Source of the DNA: a virus
Virus record (IMG/VR): IMGVR_UViG_3300034198_004780
Location: 1 to 64,000 of that record
Direction: 5' to 3' (one strand)
DNA length: 64,000 nt
Shown piece after piece: positions 8,567-18,241 of this stretch. Each line of letters opens with the position of its first letter. Position 1 is the stretch's first letter. The position numbers were made by a program, and so were the translations under genes. The notes below the pieces were generated by a model. It had not been told where the DNA came from, did no database searches, and saw only the letters and a program-made list of their open reading frames with translations.

Positions 8567-9592
8567 TTATAAGTTATGGTAAATGTCTAACAGTAATTTT
8601 TTGTCAAACGAATCAGAATCAATATTAACCATTTGGTCTGTTACAATTTGATCAACTGATTCAAACTCTGCGTCTAAACTATCGTCAATATTGCCTTCTA
8701 ACGTGTTCTTTTCTTGTATTAGGCTAATTTCACGAATATCGTATTGTTGGATAAACGTTTCTTTTAAGAAGTTTGCTTCTTCGTAGCTGATGTCAATGTC
8801 AAGATTTACCTTCAAATACATCTTTGACTTCATGATGTCGTCTTTCTGATCAATCAGTGTTGACAGTTTAACGTTTCTGTACTTGGGTGCATCTGGCCAA
8901 GATTTATATTCAGGCTTACCACCCCAATCCATATACATCATTCCGCGATCATCGTCCCATACGTCTGCAAAGTTATGCGGAAAAGCATTGCCAATATAAA
9001 CAACATTGCCGTTGTGCTGACGTTTGTGGAAGTGTCCTGAGAATACATATTCTGGACTGGCTAGATCACTTCGTTGAATCTCACCGTGATCTGGCATTTG
9101 CACCATGGCGTTCATGTAAAAGCTAGGAAGTTCAAAGTGACCAAATACATATCGGCTCTTTAATTCTTTCATCTTTTTCCATTCATCACCTACTAACCAA
9201 GGAACCAGCGTGACGTCGCCAATCGTAGTTACATGATCCACAACGGTTACACCGGGAATATGTCGACCGAACATTGAGCTATGAACGTCACGCTTGTCTT
9301 TATAGAACAGATCATGGTTACCTGGAAACCAATAGAACTGTTCAAATGCCGCGCCTAGCTTCTCTAGACAGCGCAAACTGGTATCCAAGGTAATTAGGTT
9401 GATACTATTTCTATTGTGATGCCAATCACCTAGAAAGATACAGGTCTCCGCGCCTTCTGTTTTGGCCTCAGCAATAAACCAATCAACAAAATCTTCACAG
9501 TCTTGATTGTGTGTCAGGCTGTTGGACTTTAGGCCATAATGTATGTCGGTAAAACATGCAACTCTCTTGAATAGATTGCTCATTGATATCAT
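8567..9592 (-). CDS. Recombination nuclease, gp47/Mre11/SbcD
   Basis: Metallophosphoesterase motifs DIH, GD, GNHD, GH, SGHFH. Start may be the ATG at 9583. Confidence 0.95.
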   Translation of the reverse strand: MISMSNLFKRVACFTDIHYGLKSNSLTHNQDCEDFVDWFIAEAKTEGAETCIFLGDWHHNRNSINLITLDTSLRCLEKLGAAFEQFYWFPGNHDLFYKDKRDVHSSMFGRHIPGVTVVDHVTTIGDVTLVPWLVGDEWKKMKELKSRYVFGHFELPSFYMNAMVQMPDHGEIQRSDLASPEYVFSGHFHKRQHNGNVVYIGNAFPHNFADVWDDDRGMMYMDWGGKPEYKSWPDAPKYRNVKLSTLIDQKDDIMKSKMYLKVNLDIDISYEEANFLKETFIQQYDIREISLIQEKNTLEGNIDDSLDAEFESVDQIVTDQMVNIDSDSFDKKLLLDIYHNL

Positions 9593-9630
9593 TCTCCTAA
9601 TAGTTAGTATACACTACTGCCCGGAGAAAA

Positions 9631-10545
9631 TCAAGCCTCTTCTTCTCCATCTTCAACTGACTCAGCTTCAGACTTTGGCATACGCATCTTTTTGTAGAGT
9701 TCTGCTTGCCGTGCTACTTCTTCTGCAAACTCTTGACTGTTCTGTCGTGTCATACTAGGGGTTAAACCATTTTCTTCTAATAGATCATCGCGAATATTCT
9801 GCATCTTCTTTTCCAAGTTTAGGATACGAGTAAACGAGTTGGTAACTGCGGCAGTATAATAGGCAAACGGATTCTCTGATTTACTTTCATCAAACTGTAG
9901 TCCAATCTGACTCAACTGTAGGATCGCCTGACCTTTCATTTCTTCAATGTAGGTATAACCACGCCAGTTGCTTCGCTGTGCATAACGCTCTGACAACTTG
10001 ATATACATTTTACCAAGATTCTCAGTAATGCGTCCATGGTCTTTGCTAAACTTACCTGTTTTAATCCCACCCTTCCAATGACTCTTACCTACACACTCTA
10101 GATTATCATTCTCATCAAACTTCCAATGTTGGTATGGAGGAAAGTTTACCTTTTCGTGAGCGTCTGCTGTGGTTTTTGTAGTTTTCTTACGACCTGGCGC
10201 TAGCGGAATATGATCAAATGTCATAATTCGAATAACTAGATCGGTTTTTTTAATTGTTTTGTAATCTGGAGTAACTTCTGCTAATTTAACTTTTTTATCT
10301 CCAGCTAGTCTAGCTATTACAAATGCCGCTAACCCTTGTCTTTTTGCCCGCATACGCTTGGCATCTGCAAGTGTACGTATGTTTATCTTGTCTAAAGATG
10401 GCAAAATAATGTCATGTTGAATGTAATCTTTGCTGACATAGCTACTGAAACTTGCTTTGCTTTTGTGTATTTCCGCAAGTAAATCTTTATTATTTAGGTA
10501 CTTTTGTTTACGACCTGACGGCTGTATGATTACTGAATTGGGCAT
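9631..10545 (-). CDS. Late-transcription sigma factor, gp55-like
   Basis: YLNNKDLL, NWRGYTY.EEM, FD..KSENPFAYYT motifs. Canonical position upstream of gp47/gp46. Confidence 0.85.
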   Translation of the reverse strand: MPNSVIIQPSGRKQKYLNNKDLLAEIHKSKASFSSYVSKDYIQHDIILPSLDKINIRTLADAKRMRAKRQGLAAFVIARLAGDKKVKLAEVTPDYKTIKKTDLVIRIMTFDHIPLAPGRKKTTKTTADAHEKVNFPPYQHWKFDENDNLECVGKSHWKGGIKTGKFSKDHGRITENLGKMYIKLSERYAQRSNWRGYTYIEEMKGQAILQLSQIGLQFDESKSENPFAYYTAAVTNSFTRILNLEKKMQNIRDDLLEENGLTPSMTRQNSQEFAEEVARQAELYKKMRMPKSEAESVEDGEEEA

Positions 10546-10568
10546 CTTAGCGCACCCTCCTTTTGTAT

Positions 10569-10597
10569 ATTATACTTGAAATGGTTGGTTGTGTCAA
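10569..10597 (-). promoter_or_regulatory. Sigma70-type promoter for the gp55 operon
   Basis: TTGACA-17 nt-TATAAT, perfect consensus. Confidence 0.85.
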
Positions 10598-10660
10598 CCA
10601 AAGATTAATTAAGTTAGCATTTTATTTATCTGGTTAAATACTGCACAGGGGAATAATTTA

Positions 10661-11719
10661 ATGGCCGACAATACAATTGTAACAACATCGGAAGACGCAG
10701 TAGCAACGTCTGATCCGTCTATTCAATTTTTTGACGACGGTTCCTCAATTCAATCTTTTGAAGATGGATCCACGTTAGCAACAGATGAAGAGGGCAATGT
10801 AACGTCATCTCCAGCTACAGAAGAACCAGCAGTTACAGAAGAATACACAACGGATAGTCTTGGCAATACATTTAAGAATGGATTTCTATACCGTGCTGCT
10901 GAAATAAATGATTCTATTGACGAAAGTGCAGAATACACAACTGATAGTCTTGGCAATACATTTAAGAATGGATCTCTATACCGTGCTGCTGAAGTAGATG
11001 ATACTACTGGGGAAAGTCTAAGCAGTACCACCGATAGTAGTGGACGATCAATTCCTGTTCCAAAAGGAGCACAGCCTGCTATTCCTCCAGCAGCACAGGC
11101 ACAATGGGGCCAAGCTAAAGATCTAAGAGTTAAACTTAAAGTACCTTCTGAGTATCTCAAAGGTCCAGGAGCAGGCCCTGCTAAAATACTACAAAAGAAC
11201 GGCGGAATATTATTTCCGTATACTCCTACTATATCGATGTCTAACCAAGCACGATACGCAACTCAAACACCGATGCACTCAAATTATCCTCTGTACTTTT
11301 ATCAATCCAGTTCATCAGGTCCAATTAAAGTCAGCGCAAAATTCACAGTGCAGAATGAATTTGAAGGTGCGGTATTGCTGGGAGTAATACATCTATTAAG
11401 AGGATTGACTAAAATGAAATTTGGTAACGATCCGGATGCCGGAGCACCTCCCCCTGTCTGTCGATTTGATGCCTACGGTGATTACATGTTCCACAACGTA
11501 CCGGTTGCAATATCTAGCTGGTCGCACGAGCTTCCAGACAATGTAGATTATATTGCCATTGGCCGTCCAGGTAGTCCAACAACCTATGGCCGCAGTATGG
11601 TTCCAGTAATTAGTACAATAACATTAGATCTCAATATCATGTACAGTAGACAAGAAATGTTAAATTACAATGTTAAAGATTGGATCAGCGGCGGCCTTCG
11701 ATATAAAGGATATCTATAA
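10661..11719 (+). CDS. Baseplate/tail-tube initiator (gp48/gp54-like) with acidic N-terminal extension
   Basis: FPYTPTI and GAPPPVCRFDAYG...VP motifs; first gene of the baseplate operon. TAAATA upstream. Confidence 0.6.
   Translation: MADNTIVTTSEDAVATSDPSIQFFDDGSSIQSFEDGSTLATDEEGNVTSSPATEEPAVTEEYTTDSLGNTFKNGFLYRAAEINDSIDESAEYTTDSLGNTFKNGSLYRAAEVDDTTGESLSSTTDSSGRSIPVPKGAQPAIPPAAQAQWGQAKDLRVKLKVPSEYLKGPGAGPAKILQKNGGILFPYTPTISMSNQARYATQTPMHSNYPLYFYQSSSSGPIKVSAKFTVQNEFEGAVLLGVIHLLRGLTKMKFGNDPDAGAPPPVCRFDAYGDYMFHNVPVAISSWSHELPDNVDYIAIGRPGSPTTYGRSMVPVISTITLDLNIMYSRQEMLNYNVKDWISGGLRYKGYL
10840..11002 (+). repeat. Two-copy direct repeat (~73 nt, period 90 nt) inside the CDS
   Basis: EYTTDSLGNTFKNG(F/S)LYRAAE occurs twice with near-identical DNA at 10840-10912 and 10930-11002. 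Confidence 0.95.
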
Positions 11720-12018
11720 TGGATCAGTACAATAAATCAAGTCCTTACGCAGACACACAACTGACCTCGGGGTATCTTGATGTTATTAATTTTATTGATA
11801 TCCCGTCTCAGAATGATGATATTCAATTTACCATAACCTCTTTATACATGCATCGCCCAGATTTATTGGCCTACGATCTTTATGGAGATAGTCAACTATG
11901 GTGGGTATTTGCAGTTCGCAACAAAGATGTAATCCTTGATCCGTTGTACGATTTTGTACCGGGACAGGTAATATTTCTACCTAAACTAGAAACAATTAAA
12001 TTAGTTATGGGATTCTAA
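11719..12018 (+). CDS. Baseplate wedge protein gp53-like (LysM-type)
   Basis: RPDLLAYDLYGDSQLWWVF. Confidence 0.85.
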   Translation: MDQYNKSSPYADTQLTSGYLDVINFIDIPSQNDDIQFTITSLYMHRPDLLAYDLYGDSQLWWVFAVRNKDVILDPLYDFVPGQVIFLPKLETIKLVMGF

Positions 12019-15000
12019 ATGGCCGATACAGTATATACAACTGCTGACACCGCTCGCCGCCGCGCCGAAGACCCAGAAATTCAACAAACAATCAACGCTG
12101 CTTATGAGCGATTTAAAGCAGGTGCGCAAGACGGAACAATATACACTGATCCCAATGGTAGAGTTGTAAATTTTGCCCCCTCATCAAACGCAAACGACGG
12201 TGTTGTCCAATCAAAGACAGATAAACCGTCTGCAGGTCAAATAGAAACAACTCCAAAAAAAGAAGACCCCTCCTCAGCAAAAACTGTAGGATTTAATTCT
12301 AAAGAAAAATATAAATCTGCCACTGAAAAAAACATTCTTCATAATTATCGATCTTGGACATATAATTTTGCACTTGGTCCAATAACTCGAGAAGCAATAT
12401 CAAATCAAGCTCTGCTAGGTATTGACGTTAAAAAATTTGCCATAATTAATACCGCTGGTAAAGGCACCGCAGGTATGGGTATTCATCAAGGCGGCGAAAA
12501 TGCCAAGGGTTCTAACATGACGTCGGCGAGTCAGTTGGTTGCAGGATTCAATACAAACAGTCCTGGACGATTTGACATGTTTATGGATAATGTACAGATT
12601 ACCAGTTTGATCACAGGCGGAAGTCCTGCATCAGGAACATCGATTGCATCAAATATTACATTTGATGTGTTTGAACCTTATAGTATGAACGGATTTATTG
12701 AGTCTCTACAGGTATCGTCTAAGGCAGCTGGCTATGTAGATTATACAAAGGCAGTATTTGCTCTGCGTGTGCAATTTCAAGGATACCCCGACACCGGGTT
12801 AGCCGCTGAAACCAAAGCTGAAATTATTCCACAGAGTACTAGATACTTTACCATGAAGATTTCAAAAGTAGACGTTGATGTAAACGAAACTGGTACTAGA
12901 TATCGATGCGAAGCAATTCCCTTTACACAAATGGGATTTGGTATTGCCAATAAGCTAACGTCGGATATCAAGGTATCAGGTAACACCGTAGGCGAGGTAT
13001 TAAAAACCTTTATTAAAGCAGTTAATGACAAGGTTAAAGATGCAACTAAAAACACTACAGATGAGCAAGGGTATGATACCTACGAAATATCAGTTCCCAA
13101 GTTATCTACAGTTGGGACCCCACAGAATACCAAAAGCGCAATACTGACCAGCGGCACTGGAACAAATGCTTTTCAAAATGTTGAAATGCTCAACAAGGTA
13201 ATGAATGAAGAATTGAAGGAAGTTACCGTATTTCAAATGCCTACCCCAGCAGACGTAGATAAAACCAATAAGTCTCGAGGAACAGCCGCACCAGCGACTC
13301 CTGTAAGATTAAATCCTAAAACAGGTACAGTGGTATTTGGCACAGGTGCAAACATACATGATTGTATTGCGGCAGTAATTCGAGACAGTGCCTATACAAG
13401 AGATCTTCTTACAGTCGAAGCAATAGAAAAAGCTAAAAAAAGTTCTGATGGTATGTTAACCTACTTTACCATTAGAATGGAAAGCGATCTTAAAAGATTT
13501 GACAGTGCTAACAACAAATATTTTTGCAATTATCGATATGTAATAGAGCCATACAAAATTCACTTTACAAAAATTCCTGGAGAAGAAATTGCTTCAATTA
13601 ATGTGGAAGGGATTAAAGCAAAGCTAAAAAGAGAATACAATTATATATACACGGGAAAAAATGAAGATGTAATTAAATTTAATCTAAATTTTAACAACTT
13701 ATACTATACTGCTATTCCTGCAATGATGGGTAATAAACCTTCTTCAAATAACAAAGAATTTGGAGCCTCGCCTAATAACGGAGTTGAAGTCCGTGCAACA
13801 AAAGCAACAAGTGAAGCAGAAGGCAAGGATTCCAAAGGATCACCAACTGCTTCACAAGCAACTGATCCTACCGAAAGCAATGATCTTAAACAGGCTGCAA
13901 AAGCTGGCCAGACACAAAATTCAGCTTATTACAAGTTGGCGCAAAATTTACACGAAGCAGTATTAAATACCACGGCATTAATTACTGGCAATCTTGATAT
14001 ACTTGGAGATCCATATTTTTTATGTAATGGCGGAATGGGCAATCAGGATCTTGTATTAGCTGAACCAATGAAAACCAAAGACGGGCAAGCACCTTATACT
14101 CAAGGACCTGTTTATGTTAATATAAATTTTAGAAATCCTATTGACATTGATCCAGCAACTGGTTTATTAAAATTCGATCCTAATCTAATTCCTTATAGCG
14201 GCATTTATCAAGTAACTACACTTAAGAATAGTTTTGTCAACGGTGAGTTTAAACAAAGTTTAGCAATATTAAGACTACCAGGACAGATTGTTGGAAAAGG
14301 TGAAACGGTATCTACCACGAAGACAAAGACTCGTCCACAGATTGGACAGCAAGTGGTTAAAGACAGTGCACCAGCAGACGTGTTAACCGCTGGATTTAGA
14401 CCCAGCGATTTTAATCTAGCAACATTATTGAGTAGGGGATTGCCAAGTACTGGCTTACCGGGAGTGTTGAGTAATTTCACCAATGCGGCCTCTGGAATAG
14501 GCAGCACCGTGCAAGGGGTTTTAAAACAGGCTGCCGGAGCGACTGGTGCCTTGAGTAACATAACTAGTCAATTGGGAGCCAGTCCGATTGGTGGGGTGAA
14601 TCAATTGACTAGTGGAGTTAGACTAGCGGCATCTGGATTAAGTGCAATAACCAACGTTACAAATATTGGAGCCACTACGGTTAATGCCATTGGTAATACA
14701 ATTGGTAATGTTGCAAATATTCCCAACGCAGTTACAGGCCTTGCTAACAACATGACAACTTCATTAACTGCTGTTCCGGGTCAAGCAGTTGATCTAGTAA
14801 ACAATTTATTCAACAATGCCGTTGGTCAAGTTAGTGGAGTAAAAACTCTTGTACAAAACACAGTTGATCTTGGCACCAACGCTGCTAAACAGGTAGGCGG
14901 AGTTGTTGACAAAATAGCTAGCTTACAAAATTCAGGAATCAATGATACCAACGATATTACAACAAAATTAGGAATAGATCCAGCTAAATTATCTGGACTG

Positions 15001-15633
15001 GGCCCCGAACTTGCTAGTCAGATTTCTAGTCAGTTGTCTACAGTTGCCAGTCTAGTTCCAGAAAATTCTAATCTAGGCGATCTAGCTGACCAAGGTGTAT
15101 CTTTTGCTAAACTGACTGGCGACAAGATAAAAAATCTATTTGCAATACAGGCAAAAGCCACAGCACCAGAGGCAATAGACCCCGAAGTTGCGTCAATAGT
15201 TTCTTCAGTCAACGGCAGCGTCAAGAGTTTATTAGGCGGTGCCGCAAATCTCGCCGCGCTTACTGACATTAATTCTGTAGGCAATCCGTTAGGTGCTGTA
15301 ACTGCTGGCCTTAACGCTGGACTACAATCAAGTCAAGCAGTCTTTGGTAGTATTTCAGCAGTTCAAAATCAGGTGAAAAATGTTATTGGCACTAGTTTGG
15401 GTGTTGCTAATAATGTTGGATCACTAGCACAAAATTCACTTAACTCATTTTCACCAGCCGGCGTTAATCTAGGATCTGTCGAAAGCAACATTACCAGCGT
15501 TAATTCAATAATTCAAAATACAACAAAAATAACCAACATGGCTTCTGCTGTGACGACACAGTTTGGAAGTTTGCGCCAGGCTAGTCCTTTAGATAAATTA
15601 ATACAAAGCAGTAACATACAAAGGAGCGTCTAA
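12019..15633 (+). CDS. Baseplate hub protein (gp27-like) with long Gly/Ala/Ser/Asn-rich C-terminal extension
   Basis: Lies between gp53 and gp5. I.GDP and YSGIYQVT...NSF..GEF.Q.L hub-type motifs. Confidence 0.6.
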   Translation: MADTVYTTADTARRRAEDPEIQQTINAAYERFKAGAQDGTIYTDPNGRVVNFAPSSNANDGVVQSKTDKPSAGQIETTPKKEDPSSAKTVGFNSKEKYKSATEKNILHNYRSWTYNFALGPITREAISNQALLGIDVKKFAIINTAGKGTAGMGIHQGGENAKGSNMTSASQLVAGFNTNSPGRFDMFMDNVQITSLITGGSPASGTSIASNITFDVFEPYSMNGFIESLQVSSKAAGYVDYTKAVFALRVQFQGYPDTGLAAETKAEIIPQSTRYFTMKISKVDVDVNETGTRYRCEAIPFTQMGFGIANKLTSDIKVSGNTVGEVLKTFIKAVNDKVKDATKNTTDEQGYDTYEISVPKLSTVGTPQNTKSAILTSGTGTNAFQNVEMLNKVMNEELKEVTVFQMPTPADVDKTNKSRGTAAPATPVRLNPKTGTVVFGTGANIHDCIAAVIRDSAYTRDLLTVEAIEKAKKSSDGMLTYFTIRMESDLKRFDSANNKYFCNYRYVIEPYKIHFTKIPGEEIASINVEGIKAKLKREYNYIYTGKNEDVIKFNLNFNNLYYTAIPAMMGNKPSSNNKEFGASPNNGVEVRATKATSEAEGKDSKGSPTASQATDPTESNDLKQAAKAGQTQNSAYYKLAQNLHEAVLNTTALITGNLDILGDPYFLCNGGMGNQDLVLAEPMKTKDGQAPYTQGPVYVNINFRNPIDIDPATGLLKFDPNLIPYSGIYQVTTLKNSFVNGEFKQSLAILRLPGQIVGKGETVSTTKTKTRPQIGQQVVKDSAPADVLTAGFRPSDFNLATLLSRGLPSTGLPGVLSNFTNAASGIGSTVQGVLKQAAGATGALSNITSQLGASPIGGVNQLTSGVRLAASGLSAITNVTNIGATTVNAIGNTIGNVANIPNAVTGLANNMTTSLTAVPGQAVDLVNNLFNNAVGQVSGVKTLVQNTVDLGTNAAKQVGGVVDKIASLQNSGINDTNDITTKLGIDPAKLSGLGPELASQISSQLSTVASLVPENSNLGDLADQGVSFAKLTGDKIKNLFAIQAKATAPEAIDPEVASIVSSVNGSVKSLLGGAANLAALTDINSVGNPLGAVTAGLNAGLQSSQAVFGSISAVQNQVKNVIGTSLGVANNVGSLAQNSLNSFSPAGVNLGSVESNITSVNSIIQNTTKITNMASAVTTQFGSLRQASPLDKLIQSSNIQRSV

Positions 15634-17732
15634 TGGCGGTAAACAGTAGAACCAGTGACATAAGAATCAGTCCTGGTCCCTATCTTGCTAAGGTAGCAAA
15701 TCATCTAGACCCTACGTATATGGGCTCATTAGAAGTTACTATCATGCGAGCAATTCCTGGAATTGGTGATACAGAAAGCACCAATGTTATTGTGAGATAT
15801 TGCAGTCCGTTCCTTGGATCCACCTCTGCAAAATTTGAAGGTAATGATTCGTCAGACTTCAATGATGTACAAAAAAGCTATGGCTTCTGGATGATCCCAC
15901 CCGACATCGGTGCAACAGTGATGGTGCTGTTTGTTGACGGCGATGTCAATCAAGGATACTGGTTTGGTTGCGTATCGGACATCTATCAAAACCAAATGAT
16001 ACCCGGACTGGCAGCCAGCCGTCATTCAGCAATGACCAAAGAAGAAAGAGACAAATATGGAACAGACTATGTTCCGGTTGCTGAGTATCTAAAAGGTACT
16101 AGAAATTTAAAAATTCCAACAGGGCCTGATACACAGAATAAACCAGTGCATCCTTTTGCCGATCGATTACTACAGCAAGGATTACTAGCAGACACTATTC
16201 GTGGAGTAACATCCAGCGGCGCCCGAAGAGAGGTGCCGAGTCGAGTATTTGGAATATCAACCCCAGGCCCGCTAGACACCAGTGTTAACGCACCAAGAAA
16301 AAACATAGGTTTTAATAATAGTCAGTTTAGAGCGCCAATAAGTCGACTGGGCGGAACTACATTTGTTATGGATGACGGTGATGAAGAAGGCAAGAATGAA
16401 TTAGTAAGAATCCGTACAAGAACTGGGCACCAAATACTTTTACATAATTCTTCAGACTTAATTTATATTGCCAACAGCAAGGGTACAGCATGGATTGAAT
16501 TGACCAGCAATGGTAAAATAGATATGTATGCGGAAGATTCTGTGTCCATTCATACACAAAACGATTTTAACTTTAGAGCTGATAGAGATATCAACATGGA
16601 AGCTGGTCGCAACATTAATATTTCTGCAATTGGTGATTGGCATCTTGATGCGTTTGGAGACTTTGTTGTTAACGTAGCAAACAAAGCAAAAATGACTGTT
16701 GGTAGCGATTACGACATTAAAGTAGGATCAACTATTCGCCAAGAAGCTGCAGGTGAAATGCATCTAAAAGCCAAGACCATATATGAAGGAGCCGCAAATA
16801 TTCACGTTAACGCATCTGGTAGTTTATATCTACAAGCTGGTGCAAAAATGAGCAGTGTAGCAGCAACTTGGGCGGTCAGTGCCAGCGGTAATTCTAATAT
16901 ATCTGCTGGCGGAGAACATCGAGAAACTGCTGGTCGTATTGAAATGAACGGACCGTCCGCAGAGGCAGCAGACAGCGCAACACCAGCCACTACAGCAATC
17001 GAAGCAACTCCACTTCCAACATTCAGCTTGCCTAACCGTAGTAGCACGGCCGGTTGGGCAAATGGTAGATGGTATAAAGCAGAAGATATTATTTCTATAA
17101 TGAAACGTGTGCCAACACACGAACCATGGGATCAGCATGAAAGTATCAATCCTACACAATTTAGTGCAAGTGCCACTGACATCGGTGGTAAAGAAAAAAT
17201 ACAGCCAAGCAAAAATCCTTCAGTGGCCTATACAAAAGTGCCTGCAACTGCTGGTACCCCACCGACCCCTACAGGAAATACAGAAGAGGACAATATTGCA
17301 GCCTTCTTGTGGATGATTCGAGTATGCGAAGGTACAAGTGGTCCGACTGGTTACAACACAATGTTTACTGGCAAATTATTTGAAGGTTTTGCCGATCATC
17401 CAAGGCAGGCCATTTCTGCAAGCGTTAGTGGTGCTGGCTTAACATCTACAGCAGCCGGCGCATATCAGTTCCTAAGTAAAACTTGGGATCAATGCCAAAA
17501 GACTTTATCATTGCCTGACTTTAGTCCTGCAAGTCAAGACAAAGCCTGTATTTTATTATTAAAACAAGCTCGAGCATTGGACTTGATTAAGTCTGGTGAC
17601 TTTACCGCAGCAATTAAACGAACCAATAAAATTTGGGCCAGCTTGCCTGATAGTCCTTACAATCAAAACCCCAAAGATTATAATACTGCTCTTGCGTTCT
17701 ATAAACAGGGCGGCGGAACAGCACTGGCTTAA
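15633..17732 (+). CDS. Baseplate central spike gp5 with C-terminal lambda-R-type muramidase
   Basis: N-terminal OB fold (DP..MG, PPDIG..V.V.F..GD), beta-helix repeats, and a C-terminal AFL.MI..CEG...DHPR...STAAGAYQFL..TW...FSPASQD...WASLP domain. Confidence 0.9.
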   Translation: MAVNSRTSDIRISPGPYLAKVANHLDPTYMGSLEVTIMRAIPGIGDTESTNVIVRYCSPFLGSTSAKFEGNDSSDFNDVQKSYGFWMIPPDIGATVMVLFVDGDVNQGYWFGCVSDIYQNQMIPGLAASRHSAMTKEERDKYGTDYVPVAEYLKGTRNLKIPTGPDTQNKPVHPFADRLLQQGLLADTIRGVTSSGARREVPSRVFGISTPGPLDTSVNAPRKNIGFNNSQFRAPISRLGGTTFVMDDGDEEGKNELVRIRTRTGHQILLHNSSDLIYIANSKGTAWIELTSNGKIDMYAEDSVSIHTQNDFNFRADRDINMEAGRNINISAIGDWHLDAFGDFVVNVANKAKMTVGSDYDIKVGSTIRQEAAGEMHLKAKTIYEGAANIHVNASGSLYLQAGAKMSSVAATWAVSASGNSNISAGGEHRETAGRIEMNGPSAEAADSATPATTAIEATPLPTFSLPNRSSTAGWANGRWYKAEDIISIMKRVPTHEPWDQHESINPTQFSASATDIGGKEKIQPSKNPSVAYTKVPATAGTPPTPTGNTEEDNIAAFLWMIRVCEGTSGPTGYNTMFTGKLFEGFADHPRQAISASVSGAGLTSTAAGAYQFLSKTWDQCQKTLSLPDFSPASQDKACILLLKQARALDLIKSGDFTAAIKRTNKIWASLPDSPYNQNPKDYNTALAFYKQGGGTALA

Positions 17733-17747
17733 TAGGGTAAATATACC

Positions 17748-18188
17748 ATGGCATATAAAAATCTTGTAATTTCCCCTACAAACGTCAGCAGTCAAGCATA
17801 CGTACAAAAGAGCCAGTTTTATAAAGGGTTTAGTACAGTTAATGACTCTAGCATGACTAGCAAAATCTATGATTTTGAACTTATACAGCAGGATATTATG
17901 AATATGTTTCAGACTAAAAAGGGAGAAAGAGTAATGAATCCCGAGTTTGGAACTGTCATATGGAGCTTAATTTACGAGCCATTTACTGATGATGTTAAAC
18001 AGCTAATCAGTGATGATGTGACTCGTATCTTGAATTATGACCCAAGAGTTACTCCTACTGAGATTCAAATTACTGAAGCAGAGTATGGCATGATTATCGC
18101 TGCAACTTTATATTACAAAAAACAAGACGTAAGCAAACAAATGAGCCTAGCCTTTGACAAGGATTTAGGCTTAGTTCGACAACAATAA
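17748..18188 (+). CDS. Baseplate wedge gp25-like
   Basis: T.KGERVMNPEFG...LIYEP...YDPRV. Confidence 0.92.
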   Translation: MAYKNLVISPTNVSSQAYVQKSQFYKGFSTVNDSSMTSKIYDFELIQQDIMNMFQTKKGERVMNPEFGTVIWSLIYEPFTDDVKQLISDDVTRILNYDPRVTPTEIQITEAEYGMIIAATLYYKKQDVSKQMSLAFDKDLGLVRQQ

Positions 18189-18241
18189 TATACCCACTTA
18201 ACTTTTTTCATAAATATGTTATCTAGGATATAGTATAGCAT

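Noticed and set aside
10840-11002. Repeat as a mini CRISPR array
   Set aside because: Only two copies, in frame within a CDS, repeat much longer than the gap, and no cas genes.
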